From IMG/VR virus record IMGVR_UViG_3300014501_000021, positions 1 through 59,180 of that record: a stretch of DNA of 59,180 nucleotides, one strand, 5' to 3'. Below the pieces are notes generated by a model. That model had not been told where the DNA came from and made no database searches. It was given only the letters and a program-made list of their open reading frames with translations. The translations under genes were made by a program, and so were the position numbers. This document shows, piece by piece, positions 56,641-59,180 of the stretch. This stretch comes from a virus (lineage: Duplodnaviria > Caudoviricetes). Position 1 is the first letter of the stretch; each line of letters opens with the position of its first letter.

Positions 56641-57045
56641 ATGCTAATGGTACAACGAGAAAAGAGTATTCGAGACTACAACTCGAATGACTTCGTAAAA
56701 TATTTCGCAAAGAAATACCTTGTAGCGTACGATAAGGCATACCCCGTTATCTTCGCCAGAGACAGTTCTATAATGTTAAAGGTGATGAGAGCCTTCTTCG
56801 AGGAGAACCGTCCTCTTAAAGACATATTCAAATTTATCGATGATATGTTCGAGGAGTATCCGAAACGTAGAAGATTGACCTCGATAGATTTAAACTGGGT
56901 ATTCAATATGACAAAAATTTATTTACGGCCAGGTGCAGTAGAAAAGAAAGGTAACAAAGCTAAAGCTCCAGAAATGGAACTTGACGACGAGATGAAAGCA
57001 TGGCTAGAATCCGAAAAAGAAAAGCTTCAGAAGCCGAAGGATTAA
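56641..57045 (+). CDS. hypothetical replication-module protein (possible initiator-like helical domain)
   Basis: Helical, Lys/Phe-rich, upstream of the DnaC/DnaB pair; function inferred from position only. Confidence 0.55.
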   Translation: MLMVQREKSIRDYNSNDFVKYFAKKYLVAYDKAYPVIFARDSSIMLKVMRAFFEENRPLKDIFKFIDDMFEEYPKRRRLTSIDLNWVFNMTKIYLRPGAVEKKGNKAKAPEMELDDEMKAWLESEKEKLQKPKD

Positions 57046-57254
57046 AGGCTTTAAAAGAAGAAGAGCCCAATAAGTCGCTGTGTTGTAATGTCAACCCCGC
57101 CAGATCCTGCTCCAGATGTCCCACCCGTTATTGTGAAGATCATCTTAAGAAAGTATATGAAGGCGAAGGAATGATTTATTACATCCGCGGCAGATTTGTT
57201 TGTCATCGATGTTTAAGTATAGAGATACTGTTTGGAGAAGGCAATGCTAAGTGA
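57000..57254 (+). CDS. Cys-rich zinc-finger-like small protein (start uncertain)
   Basis: CC..CSRC..YCEDH..CHRC. Confidence 0.45.
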   Translation: MARIRKRKASEAEGLKALKEEEPNKSLCCNVNPARSCSRCPTRYCEDHLKKVYEGEGMIYYIRGRFVCHRCLSIEILFGEGNAK

Positions 57255-57933
57255 AAGAGACCGTAAACAACTGCTGAAGTTAAAGAAGCAGATAATTGAA
57301 GAGTGTCCACAGTGTCGCGGTATGGATTATCGTTGCAGTTGCGTTGATGCCTTCCGGTTTGAATTCAAGAAAGTAAAAGCGAATGTCGCTGCTAAGTATC
57401 GAGATCTCACCTTCGCACAGATAACCCACCCTCAGACAACGGAAGTCCGCGCGAAGATTGGTAAGTATATAACCGACATAGAAAAGAATTTAGATGAGGG
57501 TAAGGGTTTATTCTTGTACGGATCTACTGGATTAGCTAAGACAGGTTTAGCTTCAATCGTCCTAATGGAGGCTATCAAACGTGGTCGATCTGGTTACTTC
57601 ATAACGTTGAATGCTTTAGTTGATTTATATGCTGATGGATGGAAAGATGAAGATAAGAAACAACAGTACGAAGATCTTGTCCTGGGTGTTGATATACTTG
57701 TCATTGACGAGGTAGGAAATGAATCCAAGACTAACACAACTCTCGTCGGTGGATGTCTTAACGATGTACTTCGTAGGCGTTTCAATAATTTACAGACTAC
57801 TATCATTACCAGCAATCTTTATTTTAAGAAGGTCAAAGATGTTTACGGAGAAGAAGTGTATTCTATTCTTAGCGAGAGCACGACGCAACACGAATTTAAA
57901 GGCGTAGACTACAGACAGGGAATGGCATCATAA
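57244..57933 (+). CDS. DnaC/DnaI-like helicase loader (AAA+ ATPase)
   Basis: N-terminal CPQC..CSC; GLFLYGSTGLAKT Walker A; ILVIDEVGNE Walker B; TIITSN; G.DYR. Start reassigned to ATG 57244 after GGAG. Confidence 0.88.
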   Translation: MLSERDRKQLLKLKKQIIEECPQCRGMDYRCSCVDAFRFEFKKVKANVAAKYRDLTFAQITHPQTTEVRAKIGKYITDIEKNLDEGKGLFLYGSTGLAKTGLASIVLMEAIKRGRSGYFITLNALVDLYADGWKDEDKKQQYEDLVLGVDILVIDEVGNESKTNTTLVGGCLNDVLRRRFNNLQTTIITSNLYFKKVKDVYGEEVYSILSESTTQHEFKGVDYRQGMAS

Positions 57934-59180
57934 TGGCAGTAGAAAGAGAATTTTTAAAGAAAGCTTTATTTTCAACGTCTGAACTTTCGCTTGCTGCAGA
58001 AAAGCAAGTTGAATCGGATCTTATCCTAGATCCTGTTAATAAGAAATTATTTGAGATCGTATCGTGGTATTTCCAGAAGTATAGTGCAGTACCGACAACC
58101 GATACGCTCAAGATGATTCTAGCAAAGAGTAAGATTGACGAGGGTATGAAGCAGAAAGTACTACTCCTATTCACAGAGCTAGCGGCAGCTACCTATCCCG
58201 ATCGACCGCTTACCTTCCTTATCGATGAGCTAAAGCAGGATTTTAAGTCATTCAAGCTACGGGATACTCTGATAACGTCCGTTAACCACCTCGAAGCAGA
58301 TAAGATCGGGGAATCGATTAATAGCTTGAAAGAAGGTATCTCCAAGTTAGAGCTAGTAGGCCGTGATGATGTCCGTGAAGGCTACTTAGATAAGTCCGCT
58401 GACGACAGATTAGCTCACTACACTGACATCAAGACAAACCCTGATAAGTACAAAGGCATACCTATCGGCTGGCCCACCTTTGATACTATCACCAACGGAG
58501 TGCGCGGTGGTCAGTTAATGGTTATTATCGCCGCGGTTAAGGAAGGTAAGTCGACCGCCTTGATGAATATCGGCTACAGCTGCCATGCAGCCGGTTATAA
58601 TGTTTTGTACGTATCCGTAGAAATGCCTAAGGAACAGGTAGAAAGACGCTACGATTCTAGAGCTTCTGGTCTAGAGTATAGCAAGATCCGTGATGGTAAG
58701 CTTAACCCGATGGAAGAAGAGATCTACAAGCAGTGCCTCAATATACAAAAATCTAGAACGAATAAATTTTATGTGATTGACGCTCACGACTGCAATACGA
58801 CCTTGATTCGATCGAAGCTCAAGACTTTCCCTCAGAAGTTCGATCTTGTAATAGTAGACTACCTTACTATCGTAAAGCCCGCAGTAAAGGCTACAAGTGG
58901 TAGAGATCAGTGGGAATCGATCGGCAAGGTGACAGAAGAGATCCGAGCCATAGCCAGAGAGTTGAACATTCCTATCATTACAGCGGCACAGGCTAACCGC
59001 GACGGTATCAAAGAAGCAAAATACAAGTATAATGTAGAAAATATTGGTTTGTCACATCTTATCTCGGCACACGCTGATACTCTATTATCCCTTCGTTTAA
59101 CAGATAGGGACGAGTTGGAAGTTAGCGACGTTGTTGAAATGACAGCTGCTACGATAGCAATCCGTGATGACAAAGGCTGC
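57933..59180 (+). CDS. dnaB: replicative DNA helicase, DnaB family (3'-truncated by the window)
   Basis: Not in the ORF track. Open from the TAATG overlap to the window end: GIPIGWPTFDTITNGVRGGQLMVIIAAVKEGKST, VLYVSVEM, LVIVDYL, IARELNIPIITAAQANR. Confidence 0.93.
   Translation, partial: MAVEREFLKKALFSTSELSLAAEKQVESDLILDPVNKKLFEIVSWYFQKYSAVPTTDTLKMILAKSKIDEGMKQKVLLLFTELAAATYPDRPLTFLIDELKQDFKSFKLRDTLITSVNHLEADKIGESINSLKEGISKLELVGRDDVREGYLDKSADDRLAHYTDIKTNPDKYKGIPIGWPTFDTITNGVRGGQLMVIIAAVKEGKSTALMNIGYSCHAAGYNVLYVSVEMPKEQVERRYDSRASGLEYSKIRDGKLNPMEEEIYKQCLNIQKSRTNKFYVIDAHDCNTTLIRSKLKTFPQKFDLVIVDYLTIVKPAVKATSGRDQWESIGKVTEEIRAIARELNIPIITAAQANRDGIKEAKYKYNVENIGLSHLISAHADTLLSLRLTDRDELEVSDVVEMTAATIAIRDDKGC

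Noticed and set aside
544-59173. Numerous 60-190 aa antisense and alternate-frame ORFs in the ORF track (e.g. 51..242, 1689..2084, 48020..48484, 55271..55837, 58907..59173)
   Set aside because: They overlap well-supported genes, lack RBSs, and are shadows of Gly/Thr/Ala codon bias.
1-59180. Stop-codon reassignment, tRNA genes, integrase or IS elements
   Set aside because: Genes tile tightly under the standard code with frequent TAATG overlaps; no cloverleaf, transposase or integrase motifs were recognised by eye.

Overview
The window is a contiguous piece of a large tailed dsDNA phage with a contractile tail (myovirus-type). Almost all genes are on the + strand. In order: the 3' end of a probable capsid-decoration gene and the major capsid protein (1-1360); a ~20 kb block of Gly/Thr/Ser-rich fibre/adhesin genes containing a pectate-lyase-like beta-helix, Gly-rich domains and five FDGxNxW beta-propellers, interrupted by two holin-like membrane genes and two small Cys/His ORFs (2229-22202); neck and tail-completion genes, a 1053-aa tail sheath, two tail-tube paralogs, a tail chaperone pair with a -1 frameshift signal, tape measure, hub, spike, gp25-like, baseplate-J-like, wedge and fibre genes (22247-51249); a peptidase-M15 endolysin and an endonuclease-VII-like HNH gene; two minus-strand CxxC paralogs; a palindrome-rich divergent intergenic region; and a replication module (SF2 helicase, DnaC-like loader, DnaB helicase running off the end). 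The main finding is three copies of a DUF3494-type ice-binding-protein domain inserted in frame into three different virion proteins (tail sheath, large baseplate protein, baseplate-attached fibre protein). They are nested inside a second, repeatedly reused structural module, which suggests a virion displaying a multivalent ice-binding or adhesive coat. All calls come from motif recognition and gene order; no database search was run.
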